This document shows, one piece after another, positions 18,050 through 28,464 of a stretch of DNA of 36,987 nt. The position numbers were made by a program, and so were the translations under genes. How positions within the stretch are numbered: position 1 is the stretch's first letter; each line of letters opens with the position of its first letter. The notes below the pieces were generated by a model. The model saw nothing but the letters and a program-made list of their open reading frames with translations, was not told where the DNA came from and ran no database searches. Source of the stretch: Fibrobacteria bacterium (lineage in GTDB: Bacteria; Fibrobacterota; Fibrobacteria; UBA11236; JADFYW01); assembly GCA_050294405.1 (NCBI GenBank), contig JBNKOC010000013.1:1-36987 (forward strand), written 5' to 3'.

Positions 18050-18502
18050 ATGTTAGAAGAAGGTAAAAAAGCACCAGCCTTTACTTTAGAATCCAGCTCA
18101 GGCAAAAAAGTTTCTTTAAAAGATTTTGCCGGAAAAACGGTGGTCTTGTATTTCTATCCCAAGGATTCTACTCCCGGCTGCACTGTGGAGGCTTGTGATT
18201 TTAGAGACGCAAAAACTTACATTAGCCGCAAAAAGGCAGTTGTATTGGGAATTTCTAAAGATTCCATCAGCAGCCACCAGAAATTTATTGAAAAACAGGG
18301 TTTGAATTTCGAATTGCTTTCGGATCCCGTTGGGAAAATTTGTGAAAAATATGGGGTTTGGCAGGAGAAAAAAAATTACGGAAAAACCTACATGGGTATT
18401 GTGCGCAGCACCTTTATTATTTCTCCAGATGGTAAAATTAAGAAGGCCTATTACGGTGTAAAAGTAAAGGGCCACGTTGAAGATGTAATGAACAATATTT
18501 AA
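18050..18502 (+). CDS. bcp: Thioredoxin-dependent peroxiredoxin Bcp
   Basis: [22 protein letters not shown] and RSTFII motifs. Confidence 0.96.
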   Translation: MLEEGKKAPAFTLESSSGKKVSLKDFAGKTVVLYFYPKDSTPGCTVEACDFRDAKTYISRKKAVVLGISKDSISSHQKFIEKQGLNFELLSDPVGKICEKYGVWQEKKNYGKTYMGIVRSTFIISPDGKIKKAYYGVKVKGHVEDVMNNI

Positions 18503-18506
18503 AAAT

Positions 18507-19856
18507 ATGAATCAGCAAAGCCCCATTGAACAAATCTCCACCACGAATACCATTCGAGAGGTGTTCGGTTATATACGTCGTTTTAAAAACCAGGTGTTTG
18601 TGCTTAAGGTGGAAGACGATTTATTGGATAATCCTTTATTTCCTCTTTTAATAAAAGACATTGTTTTAATTAAAAACATGGGAATAAAGGTGATTCTGGT
18701 TCCCGGATGTAAAAATTCCATCGACAAGGTTTTGGAAACTTACGGCCATAAAACCCATTCGGAAAAAGGGGTGCGTATTACCGACCCGGACATAATGCCA
18801 CTGGTAAAGCTAGGTGCCTCCAATGTTACCAATAAAATTCTCACATTGCTTTCAGAAAACGACGCCCATGGCGTATTGGGAAATTGGGTGAGGGCTATTG
18901 AAATGGGCGTGGTCAAGGGTGTGGATTATAAAAATACCGGAAAAATTGAATACATCAACATTCCGGTTATCCGCAAACTTCTGGAAGAAGATTTGATTCC
19001 CATATTATCCAACATTGGCTGGAATATGGCAGGAAAGCCCTATAATATTTCCAGCAACTCCTTGGCGGTAGCCTTGGCTAAATCCATTGGTGCGGCCAAG
19101 CTGTTTTTTATCGGAAGCCATAAGGGGATTCCTGTGGTGGAAAATGCTAAGGTGGATGGTCTGGAACACAGAGACAGCGGTGTATACAGCTCCATCGAAA
19201 CCCTAAAAGCCGAAAGTCTTTTGAACCAACATAAAAAGGAGCTAGGGGAAACCTATTCCGAGTTGGTTAGCCTGGCTTTGGAAGCTTGTAAAAATGGGAC
19301 CAACCGGGTTCATATTATTGATGGTTCTCAAAACGGAATACTTCTCCAGGAAATTTTTTCCACCAATGGTGTGGGTACTATGTTTCATGCCAATATACAT
19401 GCCAATATCCGCCAGGCCAGAGTTTCGGATGTTTCGGGAATATTGCACATAATGCAACCCTATATTTTGTCTGGCAATATGGTGCAACGCACGGCAAAAA
19501 ATATTCGGGATAGACTTGAAAATTTTTATGTGTATTCGGTGGATGATACTATACGGGGTTGCGGAGCCCTCACCTGTTTCGAAAACCAGAGTGCTGAAAT
19601 TGAGGCTGTGGTGGTAGATTCGGGCTATAAGGGAAACGGTATTGGCAACAAAATTGTTTCTTACTTACAGATAAAAGCAAGAGAGCTGGGTATGAAACAA
19701 GTATTTGTATTGACCACCCAGGCTGGCGATTACTTTATGGGACTTGGCTTTACTATGGCTAGCGTAGATTCTTTGCCAGAAGCCAGAAAAGAAAAATACA
19801 ACCAGAATAGAAATTCAAAAGTGTTAATAAAAAATTTTAAGGAAGAACATGGATAA
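18507..19856 (+). CDS. argA: Amino-acid N-acetyltransferase (N-acetylglutamate synthase, AAK + GNAT)
   Basis: RE...YI..F...FV N-terminus, GVVKGVDYKNTG, RVHIIDG...LLQEIFS..GVGT, and a GNAT domain ending VFVLTTQ..DYF..LGF...LP..R...Y...RNSKV. Confidence 0.9.
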   Translation: MNQQSPIEQISTTNTIREVFGYIRRFKNQVFVLKVEDDLLDNPLFPLLIKDIVLIKNMGIKVILVPGCKNSIDKVLETYGHKTHSEKGVRITDPDIMPLVKLGASNVTNKILTLLSENDAHGVLGNWVRAIEMGVVKGVDYKNTGKIEYINIPVIRKLLEEDLIPILSNIGWNMAGKPYNISSNSLAVALAKSIGAAKLFFIGSHKGIPVVENAKVDGLEHRDSGVYSSIETLKAESLLNQHKKELGETYSELVSLALEACKNGTNRVHIIDGSQNGILLQEIFSTNGVGTMFHANIHANIRQARVSDVSGILHIMQPYILSGNMVQRTAKNIRDRLENFYVYSVDDTIRGCGALTCFENQSAEIEAVVVDSGYKGNGIGNKIVSYLQIKARELGMKQVFVLTTQAGDYFMGLGFTMASVDSLPEARKEKYNQNRNSKVLIKNFKEEHG

Positions 19857-20412
19857 AAAGAAAATAGAAAAGGGATTCAAATTAATTTTGGAAGGCATGG
19901 GAGAAGACCCCAACCGGGAAGGCCTTTTAGATACTCCTGCCAGAGTTGCCCGCATGTATGAGGAAATTTTTTCGGGTTTAAATGTAACTGCCGAATCCCA
20001 ACTCAATACTGTGTTTTCTGAAAAGTACGACGAAATCGTTATCTTAAAAGAAATCCCCATTGTGTCCATGTGCGAGCATCACTTTTTGCCTTTTATGGGA
20101 AAGGTGTCCTTGGGATATATTCCCCGGGCCAAAATCTCCGGGCTTTCTAAGCTGGCTCGTGTGGTAGAAGTTTTGGCACGCAGGCCTCAAGTGCAAGAAC
20201 GCCTCACCAATCAGATTGCAGATACTATATATAAAACCCTAAATGCCAAGGCGGCGGGAGTGGTTATTGAATGTATGCATTCTTGCATGACCATAAGAGG
20301 TATTAAAAAACCCGGTTCGGTGATGACCACCAGCGCCATTCGGGGAATTTTTAAAACAGATCAGGCCGCCCGCAACGAGTTTTTCCAGCTTATTCGCCCA
20401 AACTCCCGGTAA
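19849..20412 (+). CDS. folE: GTP cyclohydrolase I
   Basis: REGLLDTPARVA, SMCEHHFLPF, GLSKLARVV, PQVQERLT and HSCMTIRG motifs. Confidence 0.97.
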   Translation: MDKKKIEKGFKLILEGMGEDPNREGLLDTPARVARMYEEIFSGLNVTAESQLNTVFSEKYDEIVILKEIPIVSMCEHHFLPFMGKVSLGYIPRAKISGLSKLARVVEVLARRPQVQERLTNQIADTIYKTLNAKAAGVVIECMHSCMTIRGIKKPGSVMTTSAIRGIFKTDQAARNEFFQLIRPNSR

Positions 20413-20445
20413 ATTAAATTCGACTAAATTCAGGTAAAGTGGACC

Positions 20446-20709
20446 TTAGATCTTGCCTTCGATGTCATCGATAATATCATCGATTTCATCGCGCACCAAA
20501 TCGTCGGTGGATTTGTGGCGGCTGCGCCGGTGTTTGCTAGAGCGCCCCTTTAAAATGGACTTTAAATCCATCACCTTTTTTTGCTCCAGCAATAGATTTT
20601 CCTTTTCCAGTTTAGCTAGTTTTAGTTTTAAAACCAATTGGCCAAACAGGGTCCCGGATATAAATACCAGGGTCAACAATATGGTCAATATGAGAGTTTC
20701 AGAAAACAT
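20446..20709 (-). CDS. Small hypothetical protein with an N-terminal TM helix
   Basis: 87 aa: hydrophobic N-terminus, coiled-coil-like middle, basic then acidic tail. Fills an intergenic gap, with TATAAT upstream at 20755-20750. Confidence 0.6.
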   Translation of the reverse strand: MFSETLILTILLTLVFISGTLFGQLVLKLKLAKLEKENLLLEQKKVMDLKSILKGRSSKHRRSRHKSTDDLVRDEIDDIIDDIEGKI

Positions 20710-20845
20710 AATACTGATTTGCCAGCGCCTTTTTAACTGGGTCCTATCTATTATACAGCAGCAGGGGCGGGTTAGCCTTAAAAAACTTTAAATAATTTTT
20801 TTAAAGTTTGATTTTTCCGAGTTTGGCCTTTGAATCTGCGGAGAT

Positions 20846-21091
20846 TTAAACCCAATCAAACTCTTTGCCGTTGGGATAGGTGATTTTTTTGGAAGAATAT
20901 TTGTTTTTTAGGATATCGATTCCCTGAGACAAAATTTCTACCCGGGATTCCCCTTTGGGCACAAACCATTGTTCTTCCCCGTTATCCACCCGCACATAGC
21001 ATTTATCAGAGATCTCTCTATCTCCCAACAAAATTTCAAAGGTCTTTTTTTGGGAATCGACCTCTACATTGCGTATCCACCGAATGCTCAT
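20846..21091 (-). CDS. Hypothetical protein (81 aa)
   Basis: ATGA overlap with the stop of the upstream TPR-like gene. Globular-looking composition. Confidence 0.7.
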   Translation of the reverse strand: MSIRWIRNVEVDSQKKTFEILLGDREISDKCYVRVDNGEEQWFVPKGESRVEILSQGIDILKNKYSSKKITYPNGKEFDWV

Positions 21092-22773
21092 TTTGAACTC
21101 GATTTAATTTTTTTTACCCGTTCGCGCGAAAACTCGGAAAGTATTCCTCTTTGATATTTTAGCAGGATTTCATCGTAAGCTTCAAGTGATTTTTCATGAG
21201 AAATATCAGCTTCTTTTAAAAAATTGAGTTTAGATTTGGCCAAATGGCCCAACCAGGAGCTGTTTTGGGACTCGGATAGCCTTTTTAACATGGCCAGAGA
21301 GGAATCGGTTTTTCCCAAATTTTCAAATATTTCCGACCTTCGAAGTTGGGCATGTCCCCAGAGGGCTGAATTTTCAGGAATTTTGGCCAGATATTTGAGC
21401 TTTTCTGAGAGACTAGAAGGGTGCTCCTCCAAACCAGCCAGCATATTTTGCACATTGCTTTTAGAGCTGTCCAAAACTAAAAAATGCCGGTATTCCAGGC
21501 TTTTTTGGGTAAAATCCTCCCCGGTATAGCTGCTGGATAAAACCAACAGGGAGTCCGCAGATTTTAAATAGCCCTCAAATAAATCCACAACCGCCATCCA
21601 ATGCAAGATTTCCCCGCTTCCGGCTTCCCGATTGGGATTGTGCTTTTCGGCCAATAATTTTTTTCGGGCTTCTTTTAATTTTCCTTCGGCAATATGGATT
21701 TGAACTTTTACAAACAGGGCTTTTTGGCTCCAATGTTTATCACGGTTATCCACTAACATATTAGCCACTTTAGCGGATGCCTTTCTCAGGGAATCATTTT
21801 GATTTTTATAGGAGGCCTTTAAAAGGCCGTAACTCAAGTAATACTGGTAATCGGGAGGCAGGTTTTTTATAAGCTCAGGGTTGCTTTTTAATCTTGGAAA
21901 GGCCGCCCAATCCTGAAGTTCGTAGGCCAGAAAAATTTTGTAGCCGAATACAATTTGCTTTTCCCTGGGATTATTTGCTTTGTCAAAAGCTGACAGCAAT
22001 ATTTTGGACTCTCTAAAATTTTTGCTGTTGTTAAACTTTTGAATCCACATATTGGCATAGTCCCAATTGAGAAAGCCAAGCTCTTTGAGTCTTAATAAAC
22101 ATACCAGGGCGCCTTTTGGGTAGTTTTGCTCCCAGCTAATATCTGAGAGGAAGATAAGCTGGTTTTCATCCATCTCATTAAGTGAAACCAGTAAAGAATC
22201 CATTAGCTCGGGTGCGCTGTAGCTGATGCTTGCGGCCTTAAACAAAGATTTGAATTTAAAGTTAATGGTGAACTGGCGAATTCCCGAGTCTTTAGTTTCG
22301 CTAAGATAACTGCGGGCTGCCAACACAAATTCTGAATTTTGCAAATAGGTCTCGCTGAGTTCGCCACGGATTAGGCTTGTTTCCAGGACAAGGTTCTCCG
22401 CAAGATAGGCAAAGCCAAGAGCGCTTTTAGATTCCTGATGTATGCGATAGTTTTTAAGAGTTTGGAAAATCCAGCTTTCTTCCTGCGGGAATTTGCCGCT
22501 GGCTTTTTTCAAATAGGCAGGAATTTTTTGCGGCGGGGAAACTTCTTTTAAACAATGGGAAAATTTGAGCCAATGGTCCAGGTCCTTAGAAGCCTTTGGG
22601 ATTTTTTCCAGTATTTCTCCGCAAATATTATTGGATGTATCTGCGGCCAGTTCTTTTCGGAGTTCTATGCATTCCAGTGTGGATAAATACCAGTTGTCGC
22701 ATTTGGCCCAGAGTGGTTGTGCGCTGGCAATAAGGCCAATACTTACAGCAATAAAAAAGCCTCGCAAATTCAT
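21088..22773 (-). CDS. Secreted helical-repeat (TPR-like) hypothetical protein
   Basis: 561-aa ORF with a signal peptide. TPR-like segments such as ALFVKVQIHIAEGKLKEARKKL and AQLRRSEIFENLGKTDSSLAMLKRL. Confidence 0.7.
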   Translation of the reverse strand: MNLRGFFIAVSIGLIASAQPLWAKCDNWYLSTLECIELRKELAADTSNNICGEILEKIPKASKDLDHWLKFSHCLKEVSPPQKIPAYLKKASGKFPQEESWIFQTLKNYRIHQESKSALGFAYLAENLVLETSLIRGELSETYLQNSEFVLAARSYLSETKDSGIRQFTINFKFKSLFKAASISYSAPELMDSLLVSLNEMDENQLIFLSDISWEQNYPKGALVCLLRLKELGFLNWDYANMWIQKFNNSKNFRESKILLSAFDKANNPREKQIVFGYKIFLAYELQDWAAFPRLKSNPELIKNLPPDYQYYLSYGLLKASYKNQNDSLRKASAKVANMLVDNRDKHWSQKALFVKVQIHIAEGKLKEARKKLLAEKHNPNREAGSGEILHWMAVVDLFEGYLKSADSLLVLSSSYTGEDFTQKSLEYRHFLVLDSSKSNVQNMLAGLEEHPSSLSEKLKYLAKIPENSALWGHAQLRRSEIFENLGKTDSSLAMLKRLSESQNSSWLGHLAKSKLNFLKEADISHEKSLEAYDEILLKYQRGILSEFSRERVKKIKSSSK

Positions 22774-22806
22774 GTAAATATTTTACAAAAAAAACGAGGC
22801 TCTAAA

Positions 22807-24162
22807 TCAGGCCGCAGCCAGCAATTTTAGCTTTTCAATAACGCCGGGGAACAAATGCTCCATGCACTCGGTGTTTTGAATAATGGTTTTTCCGTGGGAT
22901 TTTAGCCCCAAAATCATATAGGCAAAACCAATCATGGCATTGTTTAAGGTGTTGTAAGTATGGCCATCGTATTCCTGTTTGCCGCGAATTACCAGTCCAT
23001 CTTCCATTTCACCAATATCCACACTTATTTCTTTTAAATTTTGAATCATTTGCTTTAGCAAGTCCTGTTCGTATTGCCGCAAAAAGGTAATGTCGCGAAT
23101 GACGCTTTCCCCTTCGGCAAAAGCTGTGGCTATTATAAGCAAAGGGATTTCGTCCCGCATACCTTCCAAAGCCTCATAGGCAAATTTGCGGCCCTTGAGT
23201 TCGGAATAAACCACTTTTAAGTCTCCAAAACTTTCCCCGTATTTTTCTCTCTTGCGGGTAACCTCAATATTAGCTCCCATGCGGCGAAGGGCAGTTAAAA
23301 AACTGGTGCGGGATGGGTTCAGCAATACATTTTCCAGCACTATACTGGAGCCGGGAATAAGGGTGGCTGCCAGTATGTATACGGAAGCCAAAGATATATC
23401 GTTGGGAAATTTTAATTGGCTGCCTTTGAATTTGGGCAGGCTGGGAAGGATAAACAAGCTTTCGGATTTGGGAGATTGGCCCATTTTTTTAGCCAATCGC
23501 TTTTCAAACTCGCTCATTTCCGGTTCTTGATCACCGGTTAACACAACCTCTTCGCAAAAGTTGGAAATAATTTTTTCCAAGTGGTTGGGACCGGAGTTGC
23601 TGCAATTGATTTCCAATCCAATTTTTGAGCAAGCATGGTAATACAAAATTCCGATTTTTAGCAGGTACTCTCTCTGAGGGTATTTTTCCAGTTTTATGGG
23701 ATTAATGGCTTGTACCATATAAACGGGGCGTGATTCCTGGCTTTCTTCTTCTAAAAGCTTGCAATCAAAAAGGGCTAAAAAGGCTTTTAAGGAAAAGCGG
23801 GATATACGGCTAAAATCCACTGCAATTTTATTTTTGCTTTTAAAGCCGGCAAACAAACCGCCCAAGGCCATTAACACCAATTCGTGCTGAGGCACTATAG
23901 GTTTTTCCAATTCATCTGGCGCCCTGAACGCGCCTTGGACGTCCAGCTGATTTTCTTTCCATTCAATGGCATAGCCCAATTGTACCAAGGTGTTTTTTAA
24001 GTCTTCAAACCAACCACAGCGGGGGATGTTTTCCAGAGTGGAATGTCCTTCGGAAAGGGCGGCCAACAAAGTGGAGTGGCTGGCTAAAATAAAATCTCCT
24101 TGCAAGCTGGGGCTTCCGGTGAGTTTCTTTCCTTTTTGAATTTCAAATTCCTGAAGTATCAT
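22807..24162 (-). CDS. Class II EPSP synthase (AroA)-fold protein with a degenerate active site
   Basis: Start reassigned to ATG 24162, 1 nt after the tyrA stop. Scaffold motifs are retained (PNDISLA, NVLLNPSRT, MGANIE, GDLKV, DEIP, AEGESVIRD), but most substrate-binding motifs are absent. Confidence 0.85.
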   Translation of the reverse strand: MILQEFEIQKGKKLTGSPSLQGDFILASHSTLLAALSEGHSTLENIPRCGWFEDLKNTLVQLGYAIEWKENQLDVQGAFRAPDELEKPIVPQHELVLMALGGLFAGFKSKNKIAVDFSRISRFSLKAFLALFDCKLLEEESQESRPVYMVQAINPIKLEKYPQREYLLKIGILYYHACSKIGLEINCSNSGPNHLEKIISNFCEEVVLTGDQEPEMSEFEKRLAKKMGQSPKSESLFILPSLPKFKGSQLKFPNDISLASVYILAATLIPGSSIVLENVLLNPSRTSFLTALRRMGANIEVTRKREKYGESFGDLKVVYSELKGRKFAYEALEGMRDEIPLLIIATAFAEGESVIRDITFLRQYEQDLLKQMIQNLKEISVDIGEMEDGLVIRGKQEYDGHTYNTLNNAMIGFAYMILGLKSHGKTIIQNTECMEHLFPGVIEKLKLLAAA

Positions 24163-24163
24163 G

Positions 24164-25294
24164 TTACCGATGTTTAACCTTAAATTGATGTATGTCCAAA
24201 ACCCTGTAGGCTTCCTGCGCATCCAGTTTGTTTTTAAAACCCATACGCAAAGTACCCGATTCACCTTCGCGAACCTTTATAATTTCTAAATCTAAAATGT
24301 TTAGCCCCCCCGACACAACAGGATTTAACACCTGGAGTAAAATTCCCGGTTTGTCGGGAATATCCACCAAGATTTCTGCCAAATCTGAGGAAAAACCCTT
24401 GTTGCTTTCGATTAATTTTTTACGAAAACCGCCGCATTCTTCAAAGGGTTTCTGTAAATTTCCGTTTTCATAGCTACCAACCAGTTTTTGAAACCATTGT
24501 CCGAAATTTTCCAGGGCTTTTTGTATCTCTTGGCGATTGGATTCAAAAATAGGTTCCCAAACTTTATAACTGCTATCCGCAAGGCGAGTCATGTCTCTGA
24601 GCCCGCCTCCAGCCACTTGAAGGGCGTTTTGCAAAACGGAGTTTTGGCTAATGATGTATCCCGCCAAGGCCGTGGATAAAAATTGGGGCAAATGAGATAC
24701 ATTGGCCACAACCTTATCATGCAGGCCCGGTTCCATAATAAAACTTCGGCACCCCAGGGCTTTCACCCAGGTTTCAAAATTTGTAACCATGTTACGGGAA
24801 CTATTTTCTAAAGGGCAAATAATCCAGGGCGCATTTTCAAATAAATGGGGGTCCAGGGCTTCGATGCCTGTTTTTTCACTACCCGCCATAGGGTGTGAGC
24901 CTAAAAAAGTAATGTTTTTGTTTTTAGAAAAAAGGCTTTGCCCCAAATCGCATATTTGTTTTTTGGTGCTTCCCACATCGGTTATCACACAGGGCTTTTT
25001 AAAATCCAGCTTTTGATCGCCCCAGGCGCTAAGGTTCGAAACAATATGATTAATAGGAGTACACAAAACCACCAGGTCGCAGTCAAATAGAGCTTTGGGG
25101 CAATCTTCATAGCTGGCCTGACTTTGTATAAGGCCCATTTCAGAAGCTTTTTCCAGTGTTTTTTGGGAGGATATTCCCATTACATGGGTATTCGGAAAGG
25201 CTTTTTTAACGGCTAAAGCCAGGGAAGAGCCAAGCAGGCCAAGGCCTATGATGGCTACTTTTTCAAAAGGTTTAAAGTTTGCGCCAGCTTCCAT
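24164..25294 (-). CDS. tyrA: Prephenate/arogenate dehydrogenase with a C-terminal ACT domain
   Basis: GLGLLGSS, TDVGSTK, SHPMAGSE, HD..VA.VSHLP, GGLRDMTRLA, and ACT signature DKPGIL. Confidence 0.93.
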   Translation of the reverse strand: MEAGANFKPFEKVAIIGLGLLGSSLALAVKKAFPNTHVMGISSQKTLEKASEMGLIQSQASYEDCPKALFDCDLVVLCTPINHIVSNLSAWGDQKLDFKKPCVITDVGSTKKQICDLGQSLFSKNKNITFLGSHPMAGSEKTGIEALDPHLFENAPWIICPLENSSRNMVTNFETWVKALGCRSFIMEPGLHDKVVANVSHLPQFLSTALAGYIISQNSVLQNALQVAGGGLRDMTRLADSSYKVWEPIFESNRQEIQKALENFGQWFQKLVGSYENGNLQKPFEECGGFRKKLIESNKGFSSDLAEILVDIPDKPGILLQVLNPVVSGGLNILDLEIIKVREGESGTLRMGFKNKLDAQEAYRVLDIHQFKVKHR

Positions 25295-25296
25295 AC

Positions 25297-25572
25297 TTAG
25301 TGCTGGGGTTTGGATTTTTCTTCTTCAAGATTTCGTGTTTCAGCAATAAGCAGCTTAAAAATTTTTTCAATGCTGGAATTGGAAAGTGGCCCTTTGTTGT
25401 GGGATGTTATTTTTTCCAGAATTTTTTTTTCACGGCTTTCATCATAAATGGGTTTATTCATAGCCCTTTTTTTATGACCGATTTCTAGAGCGTGGCTAGC
25501 CCTTTGGTTTAACAGTTCCAGCAACTGGCTGTCAATGGAATCTATTTTTTCACGTATTTCTTCTAATGCCAT
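25297..25572 (-). CDS. Monofunctional AroQ-type chorismate mutase
   Basis: LEEIREKIDSIDSQLLELLNQRA...IGHKK...IYDESRE pattern. 2 nt upstream of tyrA. Confidence 0.93.
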   Translation of the reverse strand: MALEEIREKIDSIDSQLLELLNQRASHALEIGHKKRAMNKPIYDESREKKILEKITSHNKGPLSNSSIEKIFKLLIAETRNLEEEKSKPQH

Positions 25573-25580
25573 ATTGGTAT

Positions 25581-26525
25581 TTATGTAACAATTTTTAAAA
25601 GACGTTTAAAATGAACTTTGTACCATTTGTGAGGATTTCTACTCCAAAAGATAATAAAAGGCTTTGAAAACAGCTTTTCGGAGCTTAACACGCCCCAATA
25701 GCGGCTGTCAAAACTGGTTCTCCAGTTGTCTCCGATAACAAAATAATTGTTTTTTTGCACCACAAAAAATTCCATAAGCTCGCCTCGGTGGTAGAGACTG
25801 TGTTTAAAGCTGATGTTATCGGTGGGGTAGCGGTTGGATAATTGGGTTTCCAGGTTGGCTAAATCTATCCAGTTTAGGGAATCCAGTTCAAAACCTTTGG
25901 CGGAGTCTAAATCCAGTTTGAAAAAGGGGCCGATGCTGGAATCGGGAATGGCTTTTTCGTTTAACATCAGGGTGCAATCCAATTGGTACTGGGCCGTAGG
26001 GTTTTCTTGTTTTAATAACTCCAAAGCAAATTGGAATTCTCTTACACCCAGGTTTTCCAGATAAACCGTATCGCCTGGTTTGGGAATAACATAGGATTCA
26101 AATTCTAATCTTGGGTCCAGGAAAGGTGTTTCCAGGGACTCTTCGTTCGCTCTTTGAGGCAAAAAATCGGCTTTGGCGCCATTTACATGGACAATGCCTT
26201 TTTTGATTTCGATGGTATCTCCGCTTTGGGCCGCTATGCGTTTAATTTCCAGAGCCAATTCATTTTGGGGATGCTTAAAGGTTATTAAGTCTCCTTTTTT
26301 GGGTTGCCAGCTTTCCCCTTTTACCAGTTTCACAAAACGATTGGTTAATATGTGATCTCCACTTTGCAAAGTGGGATACATTGATTCGTCCACTACCATA
26401 AAAGGAGTGAAAAAAACATAGCGAAAAATGAGTCCGGCCAATATGGCAATAACCAGCGCGCCAGCCAATTCCAGAATATGAAACTTGGAAAGGGGCAGAG
26501 AAAAATTGGATTTGTATTTATTCAT
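25581..26525 (-). CDS. lepB: Signal peptidase I
   Basis: ESMYPTL (catalytic Ser), IKRI (catalytic Lys), GDNWRTSFDSRYWG. Follows lepA. Confidence 0.93.
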   Translation of the reverse strand: MNKYKSNFSLPLSKFHILELAGALVIAILAGLIFRYVFFTPFMVVDESMYPTLQSGDHILTNRFVKLVKGESWQPKKGDLITFKHPQNELALEIKRIAAQSGDTIEIKKGIVHVNGAKADFLPQRANEESLETPFLDPRLEFESYVIPKPGDTVYLENLGVREFQFALELLKQENPTAQYQLDCTLMLNEKAIPDSSIGPFFKLDLDSAKGFELDSLNWIDLANLETQLSNRYPTDNISFKHSLYHRGELMEFFVVQKNNYFVIGDNWRTSFDSRYWGVLSSEKLFSKPFIIFWSRNPHKWYKVHFKRLLKIVT

Positions 26526-26557
26526 ATGTTTTTAAGCCTCTAAAATAAATACAATCC

Positions 26558-28375
26558 TTATTTGTCGCTTGATTTTTTATCCATGCTTAAAACAGCCATA
26601 AAAGCTTCCTGAGGAATTTCCACACTGCCAATGGCCTTCATTCTTTTTTTACCCTCTTTTTGTTTTTCCAACAATTTTCGTTTCCGGGTAATATCGCCAC
26701 CATAACATTTAGCAGTAACATTTTTTCTGTAGGCTTTAACAGTGGAACGGGCAATAACCCTGGTTCCCACGGCGGCCTGAATGGCGACCTCCCACATTTG
26801 CCTGGGTATAAGCTCCTTTAATTTTTCGCAGAGCCCCCTGCCCCAGTAATAGGATTTATCCCGGTGAATAATTACTGAAAAAGCGTCCACGGGATCTCCG
26901 TTAATTAAAATGTCGAGCTTAACCAAATCCGAGCGACGGTATTCAATGGGTTGATAATCCATGGAGGCGTAACCCTTAGTAGAGGATTTTAGTTTGTCAA
27001 AGAAGTCAAACATAATTTCTCCCAAGGGGAAATGGTAATTGAGTGAGACTTTGTCCAATGTGATGTATTCCATTCCGATGTATTCGCCTCTTTTTTCTTC
27101 GCCGAGCTTCATAACGGCTCCCACAAATTCTTTGGGCAAGATAAACTGAGCCTTTACATAGGGTTCCTCTATATAATCGTATTTTCCAGGTGGGGGAAGT
27201 TTTCCGGGGTTTTCAATGTTTATGACTTCGCCATCGCTTTTAAATACATGGTATTCCACGTTAGGAGTGGTTGTAATAACAGCCACATCGAATTCCCGTT
27301 CCAGCCTCTCGGAAATGATTTCCAAATGCAAAAGCCCTAAGAACCCCACCCTGAATCCAAATCCCAGGGCCTCGGAGGTTTCGGGCACCCAGCTAAGGGC
27401 TGAATCGTTGAGTTTTAATTTTTCTAAAGCTTCTCCCAAATCCTCATATTGAGAAGAATCCACAGGATATATGCCTGCGAACACCATTGGATAAATTTCT
27501 TTAAAACCTTTTAGAGCTTGGCTACAGGGTTTTTTGAGCTCCGTAATGGTATCTCCAATTTGGGTATCCTGAACGTTTTTAATGCTGCCCAACAAAAAGC
27601 CCACTTCTCCGGCCGCTAGCGACTCGGTGTAATTTTCTGTTAAGGTACGAAAGCCAATTTGAGTGCACTCGAAGGATTTGCCCGTGTTAAAAAACTTAAG
27701 CATGGAGCCGGCTTTTAACTCCCCTTCAAAAACCCGGATGTATGCAATGGCACCCCTATAGTTATCGAATTTGGAATCAAAAATCAACGCTTTAGGAGGG
27801 ACATCTCTTGGACCCGTGGGCGGTGGAATTTCTGCCACCACTTTTTCCAAAACCTCTTTAATGCCAATCCCTGATTTTGCAGAAATACGAGGGATTTTAT
27901 CGGGGTCGTATCCCAGCAAATCCCCAATGGCATCAGCAGCTGCATCGGGATTGGCGGAAGGTAAATCAATTTTATTGATAACCGGAATGATGGTTAAATC
28001 ATTATCCAGAGCCAGATAAAGGTTTGAAATAGTTTGGGCTTCCACTCCCTGGGATGCATCCACAATAAGCAATGCCCCTTCACAGGCTGCCAGACATCGA
28101 GTCACTTCATAGGTGAAATCCACATGCCCCGGTGTGTCGATTAAGTTTAAAAAATAATCCACCTCATTTTGACGATAGGTCATTCGGATGGCGTGGGATT
28201 TAATGGTTATGCCCCGTTCCCTTTCCAAATCCATATCATCGAGAACCTGCTGTTGCATTTTTCGGGTGGAGAGGGATTGGGTGAGTTCAATAAGTCTGTC
28301 GGCCAAAGTGGATTTACCGTGGTCGATATGGGCAATAATGCAAAAATTTCTTATTTTATCTTGTTCAGGTCGCAT
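26558..28375 (-). CDS. lepA: Elongation factor 4 (LepA)
   Basis: [28 protein letters not shown], and [25 protein letters not shown]. Confidence 0.99.
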   Translation of the reverse strand: MRPEQDKIRNFCIIAHIDHGKSTLADRLIELTQSLSTRKMQQQVLDDMDLERERGITIKSHAIRMTYRQNEVDYFLNLIDTPGHVDFTYEVTRCLAACEGALLIVDASQGVEAQTISNLYLALDNDLTIIPVINKIDLPSANPDAAADAIGDLLGYDPDKIPRISAKSGIGIKEVLEKVVAEIPPPTGPRDVPPKALIFDSKFDNYRGAIAYIRVFEGELKAGSMLKFFNTGKSFECTQIGFRTLTENYTESLAAGEVGFLLGSIKNVQDTQIGDTITELKKPCSQALKGFKEIYPMVFAGIYPVDSSQYEDLGEALEKLKLNDSALSWVPETSEALGFGFRVGFLGLLHLEIISERLEREFDVAVITTTPNVEYHVFKSDGEVINIENPGKLPPPGKYDYIEEPYVKAQFILPKEFVGAVMKLGEEKRGEYIGMEYITLDKVSLNYHFPLGEIMFDFFDKLKSSTKGYASMDYQPIEYRRSDLVKLDILINGDPVDAFSVIIHRDKSYYWGRGLCEKLKELIPRQMWEVAIQAAVGTRVIARSTVKAYRKNVTAKCYGGDITRKRKLLEKQKEGKKRMKAIGSVEIPQEAFMAVLSMDKKSSDK

Positions 28376-28464
28376 TTTAAAAAGTGCGGTTTAGGATTAT
28401 ATAAAAGTTTTTAAATTTAACAGCCTTTTCAGTAAGGTTATTACCCATAGGAGAATCCTCTAAA

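Noticed and set aside
20453..20791. 112-aa plus-strand ORF and the many other short antisense or nested ORFs in the track
   Set aside because: They overlap better-supported genes on the opposite strand or frame and show no motifs.
24163..24264. N-terminal extension of the AroA-like ORF in the track
   Set aside because: Lies inside tyrA. The ATG at 24162, right after the tyrA stop, matches the expected AroA start.
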